From the NCBI GenBank assembly GCA_016839445.1, contig JAEOUG010000105.1, positions 1 through 21,607 on the forward strand: a DNA stretch of 21,607 nucleotides. The letters run 5' to 3'. Positions within the stretch are counted from its first letter, which is position 1. Each line of letters begins with the position of its first letter. Origin of the DNA: Candidatus Thorarchaeota archaeon (GTDB taxonomy: Archaea; Asgardarchaeota; Thorarchaeia; Thorarchaeales; Thorarchaeaceae). Shown here in pieces: positions 8,901-18,304 of the stretch. Under the pieces are notes generated by a model. It saw nothing but the letters and a program-made list of their open reading frames with translations. It was not told where the DNA came from and searched no databases. Position numbers and translations under genes: made by a program.

Positions 8901-8928
8901 TGAAAAAGAATAGGTGGTGAGCGGATGC

Positions 8929-9801
8929 TCACCACAAGTAGAAGGGGTGATCCGGATCCCCGTCATACTGGGTCGGATGATGAGCTCCTCGTGGGAAGGG
9001 ATAGGCTGCCTCGGCGATAGAGAAAGCAATCTCCAGCTCAGTGTGAGAATCTGAGCCGAAAACACCGATGAGCGAGTACTCCAAGAAGAAGTAGGTCCAC
9101 ATGCCATTCTCGTATTCGCCAGCATCCCAGCCCATACCCATAATGTCGCACGTGAAGGCCGCATAGACACTGTCCGAGTTCTCCATTGCCATCAGCTCGG
9201 CCCCAAATCCGCCAGCGAAGCAATGATCAAGAAACACGAACACGCTCTCAGCCACTGCATACTGCAGGATTGCTGCGAGTTCGTAGTCCCAGAAGTATCC
9301 GTCTTCACCATTGGCCCCAACAGTGATATCCCACATGCACAGGAGGCTAGCGCCTCTACTATCACCAGAGCCATGGCCGGACGAGATGAACGAGATTGTG
9401 TCTCTGGGCCCTGCACGGGAAACCATGTCGCGCAGTGCCTCTTTGACATTGTACTCTGTTGCCAACCCGTCGTACTTCAAGTACGGACTGGTATCGTCGC
9501 CGAGCACAATGATCTCATCATAGCCAAGACCGAGTAGATAGAGGTACCAGTCATTTGCGTCGTCGTCACAGAACCGGAGATCTCCGATTGCCTGATAATC
9601 GCTTATCCCAACGATGACAGCAAAGTGCTGCGGTCTCTCACCACGTTGACTGACCGAAACCAGCTGTTCGTCAGGGAGTAGGGATGCGGTTGCATCGATC
9701 TGCACAACGCGTCCTTCGTTTCCCATCCACAATGGAAGTGGCGCAAGCAGCAGGCCGCAGACAAGGAGCACACTTAGCAGTAAGGTGCCTTTGTAGGTCA
9801 A
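8929..9801 (-). CDS. Caspase-family (clan CD, C14-like) cysteine peptidase with N-terminal signal or anchor
   Basis: FAVIVGISDY..DLRFCDDDA, AT..NV..AL, SSGHG (His) and FLDHCFAGG (Cys) dyad, ENGMWTYFFL. Hydrophobic N-terminus. TTG start with GGAGTG upstream. Confidence 0.88.
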   Translation of the reverse strand: MTYKGTLLLSVLLVCGLLLAPLPLWMGNEGRVVQIDATASLLPDEQLVSVSQRGERPQHFAVIVGISDYQAIGDLRFCDDDANDWYLYLLGLGYDEIIVLGDDTSPYLKYDGLATEYNVKEALRDMVSRAGPRDTISFISSGHGSGDSRGASLLCMWDITVGANGEDGYFWDYELAAILQYAVAESVFVFLDHCFAGGFGAELMAMENSDSVYAAFTCDIMGMGWDAGEYENGMWTYFFLEYSLIGVFGSDSHTELEIAFSIAEAAYPFPRGAHHPTQYDGDPDHPFYLW

Positions 9802-9993
9802 TTATCTCACTCCTTCAGTCAGTCCAGAGGGACTGATGACGTGTGCCCCCCAATTGCACCATATAGTCACTCTTTGAAAGAGTCGCGAGGAGGTTCCGAG
9901 AAGAAGATGCCTCAGGAGCGTCAGAGAGAGCGACGAGCGCCACCCAGGCCGCTATATATACTATCTTTCAAAGAATCCCATTGGCCGTACCTG

Positions 9994-10950
9994 TCAGCCA
10001 AGCCATCTTGACATGAAGTCGAAGAGGTTCTCCCCACAGATTCGAGAGACCTCATCATCTCTGTATCCGCGTGATGACAGTGCCGCCGGGACTCCTCCAA
10101 GTAGGGATGGATCGTCGATGTTTCCGACATAATCGAGCTCAGGCATCATGTATCGGAAGAAATCAGGGCCGAGCCCCACATGTTTCACTGAGACCAGATC
10201 CACCATGTGATCCACATGGTCAAGCCATCGGTCTAAGGACGCAGGGTCCCCAAGGTCACAAGTGAACTCAGACAAGAGATTCAGCGCTATGATTCCGTTC
10301 TTCTCGGCGATGGCCGTTATTTGCTCATCAGTGATGTTGCGGAAATGATCATACAGGCTCTTTGAGTTAGAGTGAGAGATGTAGACAGGTGTCGATGTGT
10401 ACTCGATTGCCTCCCAGAAAGACTTCTCACCTATGTGCACGAGGTCAAGTATCATGCCCAGCTCCGATGCGTGGTCAAGCAGTTTCCTGCCATGCTCTGT
10501 GAGGCCTGCATCGTCCTTCACTTCGCACCCAGATGCATAGATGTTGGCTCCGTTGTGAGTCAGCGCGAACATCCTGAGACCCTGGCTACACAGCCTGTCA
10601 AGAATAACGAACTCAGGGTCGATTGCTGCGCAGCCCTCAATGGAGAAGATGACCCCGCTGTCATCCGAACCAGCAACGCGGTCAAGTTCGGCCTTGCTCT
10701 GCACATGCAGGAGGAACTGATTCTCTGCCATCTCTCGCTGCATGCTTTCGAGAACTGCAAGCACGCTCTCCGATCTGCGGAGGTCAACGTCGAAGTGGTC
10801 GAAGTCGCCTCCCAGCTGTACAATGGAGAATCGAACAGGACCCCTTCGCATCTGGTCGAAATATGTGTCTACGAGTTCTCTCTTGACTAGCCCCTTGTTG
10901 GCCAGATGAACCAGTACTCCGATGTCAGAGTGCGCATCAAAGAAGAACAT
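9994..10950 (-). CDS. Membrane dipeptidase family (peptidase M19) Zn-dependent dipeptidase
   Basis: Motifs DAHSD, SIEG, LTHN, GLTEHGR, DLVH, SHSN, RNITDEQI and HVGLGPDF. Confidence 0.92.
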   Translation of the reverse strand: MFFFDAHSDIGVLVHLANKGLVKRELVDTYFDQMRRGPVRFSIVQLGGDFDHFDVDLRRSESVLAVLESMQREMAENQFLLHVQSKAELDRVAGSDDSGVIFSIEGCAAIDPEFVILDRLCSQGLRMFALTHNGANIYASGCEVKDDAGLTEHGRKLLDHASELGMILDLVHIGEKSFWEAIEYTSTPVYISHSNSKSLYDHFRNITDEQITAIAEKNGIIALNLLSEFTCDLGDPASLDRWLDHVDHMVDLVSVKHVGLGPDFFRYMMPELDYVGNIDDPSLLGGVPAALSSRGYRDDEVSRICGENLFDFMSRWLG

Positions 10951-10973
10951 ACCACGCTGGATAGTGAATCATG

Positions 10974-11020
10974 CTTATACGTGTAATCAGCGAGGAGGCC
11001 GTTTCTTGAGGGGATTATAA
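10974..11020. promoter_or_regulatory. Divergent archaeal TATA-like boxes, probably leaderless transcripts
   Basis: TATAAG on the minus strand (10974-10979) lies about 24 nt upstream of the dipeptidase ATG. TTATAA on the plus strand (11015-11020) lies about 24 nt upstream of ATG 11044. Confidence 0.55.
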
Positions 11021-11043
11021 GCCAGTGATGAGTATCTACCTGT

Positions 11044-11385
11044 ATGGGGCTTCAGGTAGCAGCAGAGGGTCATGGATTCATGGTCTGTGACATGCGAGGA
11101 GGAGAGAGGGACTCCTTCTACGAGCTGGCTGTTGATCTTGCAGGTCAGGTGATGAGCGGACTCTCTAACCTACAGCACTCGGTAACGATTGAAGCAGTCA
11201 TGCTATTCATCACGGCGTCACGAGCACATCTCACGCTCTTGGCCAAATCAGATGAGAACGAGCCAATCAACCCGGCATTCAAGAGCACTCTGGTCAGTAC
11301 GACCTCCGACCCAGAAACGGGATACCTGCAAAAGTACATCATACCGATACTAGAAGCGCCCGAGTGCGAAGACAAGAGCGGCTAG
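11044..11385 (+). CDS. Hypothetical protein (113 aa)
   Basis: Fills the gap between genes, has a TATA-like box at canonical spacing, and its stop overlaps the convergent gene's stop (ctag). No family recognised. Confidence 0.6.
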   Translation: MGLQVAAEGHGFMVCDMRGGERDSFYELAVDLAGQVMSGLSNLQHSVTIEAVMLFITASRAHLTLLAKSDENEPINPAFKSTLVSTTSDPETGYLQKYIIPILEAPECEDKSG

Positions 11386-12344
11386 AAGACCTCCATCTTG
11401 CAGAACTCATTGAGTTCCGCGGGGAAGGGCTGGAAGAAGGTCTGATTTGTGATGTAGTCTTCATCGAACCGCAGGCCCCAGAGCAGCAACATCTCCCTGA
11501 GCGAAGTGAGTGTTGTCTGACCCGAACGAAACGCTGTCACTTGCATGTGGTAGTGGTCTCTCTCCCGCTTGGAGAGATGCTCTGAGAAATAGCCGTAGAC
11601 CTTGTTCAACACGTTGACAATACTGGGTGCTCTTGGCGTCTTCTTGAACAGGTCTAGAAGACCGACCCTGTACTCCGAAATCACTGAGGTAAATGGAAGG
11701 CCGCCCTGATTGGCAACAACTCTCCCCAATTCCTTCAGTACATGTTGGCTGTATGTCATGAGGAGGTACTTGTTCCTAGAGTGATAGGCTACTAAGGAGC
11801 TCATCTTCCTTGAGGCCTCCACACCTCGAAGATCAGCCAAGGCAAACGCCTTCGTGAGGAAGGTTTCCCGTATCTTCTCGTTCCTTAATCTGCCATCACT
11901 CTCAATCGGCAATCCAGCGTAGTTGGACAGAATCGACGCCCCGAAGAGACCGGGTCCGCTTCCTGTCACGTTTGCACCCTTCTCAGGACCTGAGTAGTAC
12001 CGTACCCGAGATATGCTGCAGGAAGGAGAGCCCTCTCTGAGGATGAAGCCATCGATGTTCGAGAGTGTTGGAATTATCTCCTTGATGTACGAGGACATCT
12101 TCTTCGTCAGATCGGCGCCAGTTGAGGGCTGCACCAGTGTCTTCTCTTCACCATCGGTAACGATTCGAATCCACTTCCGGGGAACTCCAAGGCCAATCTC
12201 GACTTCTGGACAGTGTGTCACGAAATCGACGAAGGGACTGATCTTCTGATTGAACTCTGAGTTGATGACCATGCCATTCCACCAGCAAGCGCAGAAGCCC
12301 AGACACTTGCTCGAGTAGAGGCGAGGGCGCGCATAGCTCGACAC
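11382..12344 (-). CDS. DUF523 (TudS-like, 2-thiouracil desulfurase family) + DUF1722 (YbgA-like) protein
   Basis: SKCLG, CPEVEIGLGVPR and SPSC Fe-S Cys motifs; G.GLF, ESDGRL; DUF1722 motifs YHSRNKYLLM, NVL..VYGYF and YITNQTFFQPFP. GTG start. Confidence 0.9.
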   Translation of the reverse strand: MSSYARPRLYSSKCLGFCACWWNGMVINSEFNQKISPFVDFVTHCPEVEIGLGVPRKWIRIVTDGEEKTLVQPSTGADLTKKMSSYIKEIIPTLSNIDGFILREGSPSCSISRVRYYSGPEKGANVTGSGPGLFGASILSNYAGLPIESDGRLRNEKIRETFLTKAFALADLRGVEASRKMSSLVAYHSRNKYLLMTYSQHVLKELGRVVANQGGLPFTSVISEYRVGLLDLFKKTPRAPSIVNVLNKVYGYFSEHLSKRERDHYHMQVTAFRSGQTTLTSLREMLLLWGLRFDEDYITNQTFFQPFPAELNEFCKMEVF

Positions 12345-12351
12345 CGTCGGG

Positions 12352-12828
12352 TCACTCCGCCTTCAGATCAACAATCTTCACGGACTCGAAGTCTGTGACG
12401 ACATAGTATCTGTTTACAGTGACACATATCACTGCGCAGTCAGGATGTGCAACGAAGTCTTCTAGTTCGGGGTGCCGGGTCAAGAGGAGCCTTGCACACT
12501 TCTCTCGTGTGTCACCCTTAGTGTCTGTTGCGGTGCCGCTAATTGATATTGATACGGCCTGACGAAGATCGGATGCCTTGTTCTCCCTGTTGTCCACCAT
12601 CAGCGAAACATTCGGATTGGCAGCCATGTGTCGGTATTTCAGTCGTTGGCGCATGGTTGCGAACACGATCTGGCGATAGTCTTCTGTGACCTCAAAACTG
12701 ACCAAGCAGGAATACGGCTCCCCTCTGTCAGACGTGCTGAGCACGGCAACTAGCTGCGAACTCATCACTCGAGTGAGCTCAGGTATCTCCAAAGGACTAT
12801 CCGCCAATACTGCCACCAATAATGACAT
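12352..12828 (-). CDS. Pyridoxamine 5'-phosphate oxidase-like (FMN/F420 split-barrel) protein
   Basis: VAVLST..GEPYSCLVSF, FAT....KYRHMAANPNVSLMVDNR, LLTRHPELEDF. The exact start is uncertain. Confidence 0.85.
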   Translation of the reverse strand: MSLLVAVLADSPLEIPELTRVMSSQLVAVLSTSDRGEPYSCLVSFEVTEDYRQIVFATMRQRLKYRHMAANPNVSLMVDNRENKASDLRQAVSISISGTATDTKGDTREKCARLLLTRHPELEDFVAHPDCAVICVTVNRYYVVTDFESVKIVDLKAE

Positions 12829-12878
12829 ACTGGGCTACTGATACATAAAGATGGGGTTGTGCTATCGCCTAACCCCTA

Positions 12879-13430
12879 TCAGTAATCCTGACTGAACCTC
12901 TTCTCTATCCATGAACCAAGGCTCTCTTCTTCCATCCCCGATGGCGCACTTGGCTTGCCCTCTACACCTGCGCGCCTCCGCTTCTCCATTGCTGATGAGA
13001 GATCCCGAGTTTCAAGAACGTCCCCGTCCTCCACAACCATCTCGATGACCTTGCGATATGACTCGGCAGACTGGAATCCCATGTGAACATACCTCTCTCT
13101 TATGAAGTCGGCACCCAGAAGTATCATTCCTGTGAATCTGGTCTTTAGCCCTAGGTCAACGTATCTATAGGCCAAGAAGGAGTCTTCCGCAGTGACAGGA
13201 TCTACGCCATTGACAGGTACAGCCTTCTTTGTATTCAAGTCCATGCCGACAAGAAAGAGCTCGCCGTCAACCACCTCGTACTGCATGATGTACCCACGCC
13301 AACACGCCGTACATGAGGAGTAGGTCTCCATTCCGAAGTCGGCGGGAACATAGAGCCCTTCTCCGCTAACACCTATGAGCGAATACACGTGCTCGTCCAC
13401 CTTGAATTCATCTGCAACTTGGCCAGTCAC
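12879..13430 (-). CDS. Conserved hypothetical protein with TACWRGY motif
   Basis: 183 aa. GTG start with GGGAGG upstream. MTGQVAD, CTACWRGY, FTG.ILLG.DFI...YVHMGF pattern recalled from an uncharacterised family. Confidence 0.75.
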   Translation of the reverse strand: MTGQVADEFKVDEHVYSLIGVSGEGLYVPADFGMETYSSCTACWRGYIMQYEVVDGELFLVGMDLNTKKAVPVNGVDPVTAEDSFLAYRYVDLGLKTRFTGMILLGADFIRERYVHMGFQSAESYRKVIEMVVEDGDVLETRDLSSAMEKRRRAGVEGKPSAPSGMEEESLGSWIEKRFSQDY

Positions 13431-13492
13431 GGCAAAAACATCCTCCCAATCTCAGAGCTCGGCTGCAAGAGAGAGCCTAAGAACCTTTTCCA

Positions 13493-16400
13493 CTAGGTTG
13501 AGCTGGAACCGGAGTCATACTCCATCGATACAGGATCCTCTGCAAGAACCTTATCCAACTTGGATGCCAGTTCATCAGCGTCCTCCTTGGTGAAGACAAG
13601 AGGAGGCTTGATCTTCACTACGTTGCGGAGCGGCCCATCAAGGCTCACCAAGATGCCCAGCTCTTTCATTCGGTCTATGACATAGGTCGCCACCAGAGGT
13701 TCTAGTGTTTCGCGGCTCTTCACTAGCTCTACACCGATGAACAGGCCTCTTCCGCGCACATCGCCAATGACCATGTGCTCATCTTTCAGCGCTCGTAGGT
13801 GCTCCAAGAGATGATTGCCAACTTCGAGCGCCTGCTGCTGAAGGCGCCTTCGTTCAATCTCATCGAGTACTGCCATGCCCACCGCACAAGAAACAGGATT
13901 GCCCCCAGTAGTGCTGAAGAACTCCATTCCGTTTGCGAATGAACGAGCTATCTCAGGTGTGGTTATGACTGCGCCCAATGGATGGCCGTTTCCAATGGGC
14001 TTCCCGAGCGTGACAATGTCAGGAACCACGTCCTGTGTTTCGAAGCCCCAGAAGTGTGTGCCCACTCTGCCAAACCCCGTCTGCACCTCATCTACAATGC
14101 AGACTGCTCCCGCGGCTCTTGCGTACGTGAACGCTTCTTCTAGGTATCCAGCAGGAAACTCAATCTGACCGCCGCAGCCCATAAGGGGCTCGCAGAGAAA
14201 CGTTGCTGTGTTCTCGTCTGCTACAGATTTGACATCGAGAGAGTAGTTCCTCGCGGCATCCGAGTCCTCTGCTCGGAACGCGCCTCTATATGTGTCGGGC
14301 ATTCGTACAACATGCACATGTGGCTGGAGACCTCTCCCGCCAGGGCCGCTGAACTTGTACGGGCTGAGATTGATTAGCTCGCCTGTGTTGCCATGATATG
14401 CCCCATCAATCACAATCACATCTTCACGACGGGTGTGAGTTCTGGCAAGGCGGAGTGCTAGCTCATTCGCCTCACTGCCGCTGTTGACGAAGTAGCACAC
14501 ACTCAGCGGTTCAGGAAACTTGGAACAGAGTCTCTCGGCATAGCGAGTCAGACTCTCGTGAAGATACCGTGTGTTTGTGTTGAGCACAGCTGCCTGGCTG
14601 GCAAGTGCCTTCACAACGGCGGGATTGCTGTGCCCCACATGAGGAACGTTGTTGACTGCGTCTAGATACATTCGGCCCCACTCGTCGTAGAGGTACTGCA
14701 TGTAGCCGCGGACTATCTTGAGGGGTCTTGCATAGGATATGCTGAGAGATGAGCCAATGTGCACACTCCTCGACTTGAGTATCTCTTCCAGGGTGTCAGT
14801 CGGAGCTGATACTACCAATGGATCTAATCCCAGCAGGTGATTCGGGTCGGGGCTGATGCTCTTCCAGACTTCGATCGTACTGGGTGCCGCCACACCACGG
14901 AAGTCTCCCTGCATGTCGAGCAAGTCGCAGATGACTTGGAAGTGTAGGTGGGGAGGCCAGCCCCCATTCTCATTGGGACCTCCAACCTCCGCGATCTGTT
15001 CTCCAGCCCCCACGCGGGTTCCGGGCTCGTGGCGCTTGATTGATTCCCAGCTGAGGTGAGCATACAGGGTATAGAAGACAGGGTCTCCGCCATCCACAGA
15101 ATGCTCCAGAACCAGCGTGGGGCCATTGTCGCGAGCGAGCTGATTGTTGCCAACACTGTGGACGTGACCGTCGAGTGGAGCGAAGACAGGAGTCTTCTGT
15201 GGTGTGAAGAAATCCATTCCTAGATGAACTGTCCTCTCCTCGTCCCACTCCCGGTATTGACTTCCAGTGTAGAATAGCCTCGGCTCGCAGTACTGCCCGA
15301 CGCCGATAGTGCAGTCCGACTGCCCCAACACACCGGAGATGATCTCTGAGAGAGTTTCATTGTCATTGAGATGGTCAGGGGTTGGGATGTAGAGACTTCC
15401 GACACTTAGGTCGATAGGGCGTGCCGCTCCTTCTCTGGCAAGATCGCTCAGTATTGGCTGCACACTCTTCTGGTTCCTCGCGAGCCAGGAAACTACGGCA
15501 TCAGAACTTGGGCATGGCGGCATCCCACAAGCACCTCGCAACAGGTAGTAGGCCATGCGTGGGTGTACGTGTCGGAGCGCTCTAAGGAGTGACCAAGCGT
15601 CCTCCTGAGAGATTAGCAGGTACTCATTCTCTGGTTCAATGATATGCTGGTATGCTGAGATGACTACACTCATAGCAAGGCGGGCGCAGATGGAGGGAAA
15701 CAGCACAACCAGCTCTTCTTCCAGAAGTGGGTACACCGAGTGATATCCTGAGACCACATCGACGGCCGCTGCAAGGGGATTCGCCTTGCCGAGCATGGCA
15801 TAAGTCGCAGCTACGGCAACCTCAAAGACCGTCTTCGATTCGATCATGTCACCGAAGTCCAGAATCCCGAAGGAGCGGTCCTCTTCGTGTGGCGACTGAA
15901 CTACTACATTGTGATCATTCGCATCGTTGTGAATCACACTAGTCCTTAGTTGAGGGAGTCTGGGAGACACTTCTACGCGGTACAACTCGAGGAAGTGAGA
16001 AACTAATCTCCTGTTCTGTTCATCTTCCACGTATCTGAGGTAGGACTCAATAACTGAGTCCGCCTTGGCGAGGTCCCAGTAGAGCTCTCGTTGGGCTGCC
16101 GGTGACGAGAATCCATCCAATGCCTCCGAGAGTCTACCAACGAAGCAGCCCAACTCCCTCAGGAGGGCGGTCGAGTGGGGATTCACGTCTGCGAAGACCT
16201 TGCCCGGGACGTATGTCACCATTCGAACGTAGTGCTCGGTACCGTTGGAGCTAGTGACTCGACAGATTCTGTCTGCAGTGACATCATCCAGTACTCTGGG
16301 GGAGCTACCGTGGGTCAATCTCCGGTTCAACCACTCCATAGCTTCGTTCTGAAACAGCAGGGTCTCCGGAGCTTCAGAAGCAGCCGCAATCTTGAGAACG

Positions 16401-16549
16401 TAGGTCTCCGAGGGAGTAGAGACTCTGAAGTTCTGGTCTCGTTCGCTGGGGAGTTCATCTACCGGTCCGTCTATGCCATAGTGCTCATTGGCGAACAACC
16501 GAGCCTTCTCTGGAGAGAACTCCGGACGCTTGACATCACGAGACCACAT
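13493..16549 (-). CDS. Fusion of APH-type phosphotransferase (hydroxylysine kinase-like), M23 peptidase and class III PLP aminotransferase/phospholyase
   Basis: Kinase: [27 protein letters not shown]23: HLGMD, YAHL, HLHFQ. Class III PLP: [32 protein letters not shown]. Confidence 0.93.
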   Translation of the reverse strand: MWSRDVKRPEFSPEKARLFANEHYGIDGPVDELPSERDQNFRVSTPSETYVLKIAAASEAPETLLFQNEAMEWLNRRLTHGSSPRVLDDVTADRICRVTSSNGTEHYVRMVTYVPGKVFADVNPHSTALLRELGCFVGRLSEALDGFSSPAAQRELYWDLAKADSVIESYLRYVEDEQNRRLVSHFLELYRVEVSPRLPQLRTSVIHNDANDHNVVVQSPHEEDRSFGILDFGDMIESKTVFEVAVAATYAMLGKANPLAAAVDVVSGYHSVYPLLEEELVVLFPSICARLAMSVVISAYQHIIEPENEYLLISQEDAWSLLRALRHVHPRMAYYLLRGACGMPPCPSSDAVVSWLARNQKSVQPILSDLAREGAARPIDLSVGSLYIPTPDHLNDNETLSEIISGVLGQSDCTIGVGQYCEPRLFYTGSQYREWDEERTVHLGMDFFTPQKTPVFAPLDGHVHSVGNNQLARDNGPTLVLEHSVDGGDPVFYTLYAHLSWESIKRHEPGTRVGAGEQIAEVGGPNENGGWPPHLHFQVICDLLDMQGDFRGVAAPSTIEVWKSISPDPNHLLGLDPLVVSAPTDTLEEILKSRSVHIGSSLSISYARPLKIVRGYMQYLYDEWGRMYLDAVNNVPHVGHSNPAVVKALASQAAVLNTNTRYLHESLTRYAERLCSKFPEPLSVCYFVNSGSEANELALRLARTHTRREDVIVIDGAYHGNTGELINLSPYKFSGPGGRGLQPHVHVVRMPDTYRGAFRAEDSDAARNYSLDVKSVADENTATFLCEPLMGCGGQIEFPAGYLEEAFTYARAAGAVCIVDEVQTGFGRVGTHFWGFETQDVVPDIVTLGKPIGNGHPLGAVITTPEIARSFANGMEFFSTTGGNPVSCAVGMAVLDEIERRRLQQQALEVGNHLLEHLRALKDEHMVIGDVRGRGLFIGVELVKSRETLEPLVATYVIDRMKELGILVSLDGPLRNVVKIKPPLVFTKEDADELASKLDKVLAEDPVSMEYDSGSSST

Positions 16550-16622
16550 GGAGCTTCAGCACACTCACAGGGCGGACGTAGGTTGTCAGAGTCATAAATG
16601 CTCTTCCAGAGGTCTGACTGCC

Positions 16623-17720
16623 CTACAGCAGATTCTCCATGCATGCAATGTACTCCTCAACATCAAACTCCCAACGGCCAGACCGCCGGCTATAGCAGTC
16701 GTATGTACGATGCCAAGGGGGTACGTGCGGGTCCGTCGCAGTCTGGAGAAAGATCGACTCGAAGTGACGTCGCAGGCCAGTGACACCTCGGAGAAGGGCA
16801 GTCACATAGGAAGATGGCATGTGGATCTTCATCGTGAATGAACGATCAGATTCAGCGTAGAGCTCCCTTGGAAACGGGAGCAGCGCAAGCGAATTGAGCA
16901 CTGGGTGGAAGGGAGTAGCGGTCTCGAAGAACAGGCACACCTCGAGCTTGTCCACAACGTTAGTGAATGCCCATCTCCACCCGCGGATGATTCCGTTGCT
17001 CTCCAGGCGGCGCTGCCTCGCAGCAACCTGTGGTTCGGAGAGCCCTATGGCCTCACCAAGCTCCTTCAGAGTGGCGCCTGCATCTTGTTTCAGCTGAGAA
17101 AGCAACTTGACATCGACATGGTCGAAGTCCACGGGCTTCTGCTTCAGGTCCATATCAATTCGGAAGACCTTCTCTGAGTGAATCATCTCCTCAGACTTCT
17201 CCACCCACTCTCTCCAGTCCCACTGCCATTCACCAGTGGGGGCAATCTTGCTGAAGTCTGCATTCATGACCACATAATCGACATTCTCCACGATTCGATG
17301 TTCACTAATGAGCCCCTTATCATAGAATGCGTCGATTGCTGCCGTGATGACTTCAGGGGAATGGGTGCCAAAACCTGCAGACACCATGGTCCCATTGTAT
17401 CTTCCGAAGGTCGAGTGCCAGGTGTAGAACATTGGAAAGCATGCCAGGATCTCGCTTGGGAGCTCCTGTCTTCCCTGTGGATGCGCCAGGAGAATCTTGC
17501 AGTCACCCAGCCCCATTTTCGTCTCGTGGGTCTGAGCAAGAAGAGACTCAAGGAAGCCGGTCTCTCTGAGACGCTGGATTCTGTACCGTACTGTTCTGCT
17601 CTTGAGAGGAGGCTCCACTACCTCAGCGATTTGCTCAGCTGAGACCTTCCCGCCCAGTTGCTCGAGGGCGTTCAGGATAGAACGATCCTTCTTGTCAAGG
17701 CGTTTCGTACGTGCGGTCAT
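16623..17720 (-). CDS. Tandem (double) Lrp/AsnC-type winged-helix transcriptional regulator
   Basis: Two HTH units: LDKKDRSILNAL...SAEQIAE...RTVRYRIQRLRETG and FDHVDVKLLSQLKQDA..TLKELGEAIGLSEPQVAARQRRLESNGII. Start chosen at ATG 17720; the ORF-track extension to 17840 is AT-rich promoter-like DNA. Confidence 0.85.
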   Translation of the reverse strand: MTARTKRLDKKDRSILNALEQLGGKVSAEQIAEVVEPPLKSRTVRYRIQRLRETGFLESLLAQTHETKMGLGDCKILLAHPQGRQELPSEILACFPMFYTWHSTFGRYNGTMVSAGFGTHSPEVITAAIDAFYDKGLISEHRIVENVDYVVMNADFSKIAPTGEWQWDWREWVEKSEEMIHSEKVFRIDMDLKQKPVDFDHVDVKLLSQLKQDAGATLKELGEAIGLSEPQVAARQRRLESNGIIRGWRWAFTNVVDKLEVCLFFETATPFHPVLNSLALLPFPRELYAESDRSFTMKIHMPSSYVTALLRGVTGLRRHFESIFLQTATDPHVPPWHRTYDCYSRRSGRWEFDVEEYIACMENLL

Positions 17721-17878
17721 CGTCGTCGCGTCCCAGCCTACTCCTAGTTTAAGATATTCTTCTCGAATGTTACTGTGAAAGTAAGTTATATATGTTGCCG
17801 AATAGAAGGATGATATGAAGAAATGGCAATCTTGAGCCATTAAGTAACCAAATAACCATACAATGTGAGTGAACGGTA

Positions 17879-18184
17879 ATGATTCAGTCCATGAATGAAG
17901 TGAACATAGCTGACCTGACTCCGAGCGCGTTGGTCGTCCTCGATCATCTTGCAGCGGACGGACCTAAGGCGCCCAGGGAGATATCCAGACAGTACGAAGT
18001 ACCACTGAGAACCGTGACCTTCGCACTGAAGAAGCTCATGAAGCTGCGACTCCTCAGAAAGGTTCCGAACCTGATGGATATGAGAAGACCTCTCTACCAC
18101 ATTGACAACGGTCGTGTTGAGGAACTGCAGAACTTCATCGAGACAGTGCGTATCCAGTCAGGAATTCATTTGCGCGCAATCTGA
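17879..18184 (+). CDS. Small winged-helix (MarR/TrmB-like) DNA-binding protein
   Basis: LTPSALVVLDHL..GPKAPREI....VPLRTVTFALKKL...L..KVPNLMDMRRPLY. Confidence 0.85.
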   Translation: MIQSMNEVNIADLTPSALVVLDHLAADGPKAPREISRQYEVPLRTVTFALKKLMKLRLLRKVPNLMDMRRPLYHIDNGRVEELQNFIETVRIQSGIHLRAI

Positions 18185-18304
18185 GCATAATTGTGAACTC
18201 GAACCGCCGGACTTCCATGTCCGTGGTACGTCTCGACTAGTGCATCAGACACGTCACACCCGAGTGGATTGGCACCATGTCGACTCCCGGAGGACTCGAC
18301 GGGC

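Noticed and set aside
7512-9801. Caspase plus nuclease as a programmed-cell-death or anti-phage module
   Set aside because: The genes are convergent, both look exported, and no sensor NTPase, gasdermin or TIR partner is adjacent.
9819-9836. Hairpin TCAGTCC-AGAG-GGACTGA upstream of the caspase-like gene
   Set aside because: A 7-bp stem with no U-tract or second copy is too weak to call a terminator, SECIS or operator.
18190-18304. GGTTCGAGT T-loop-like motif on the minus strand and a weak hairpin in the intergenic gap
   Set aside because: No pairing T-stem, acceptor stem or anticodon arm could be built, so it is not a tRNA.
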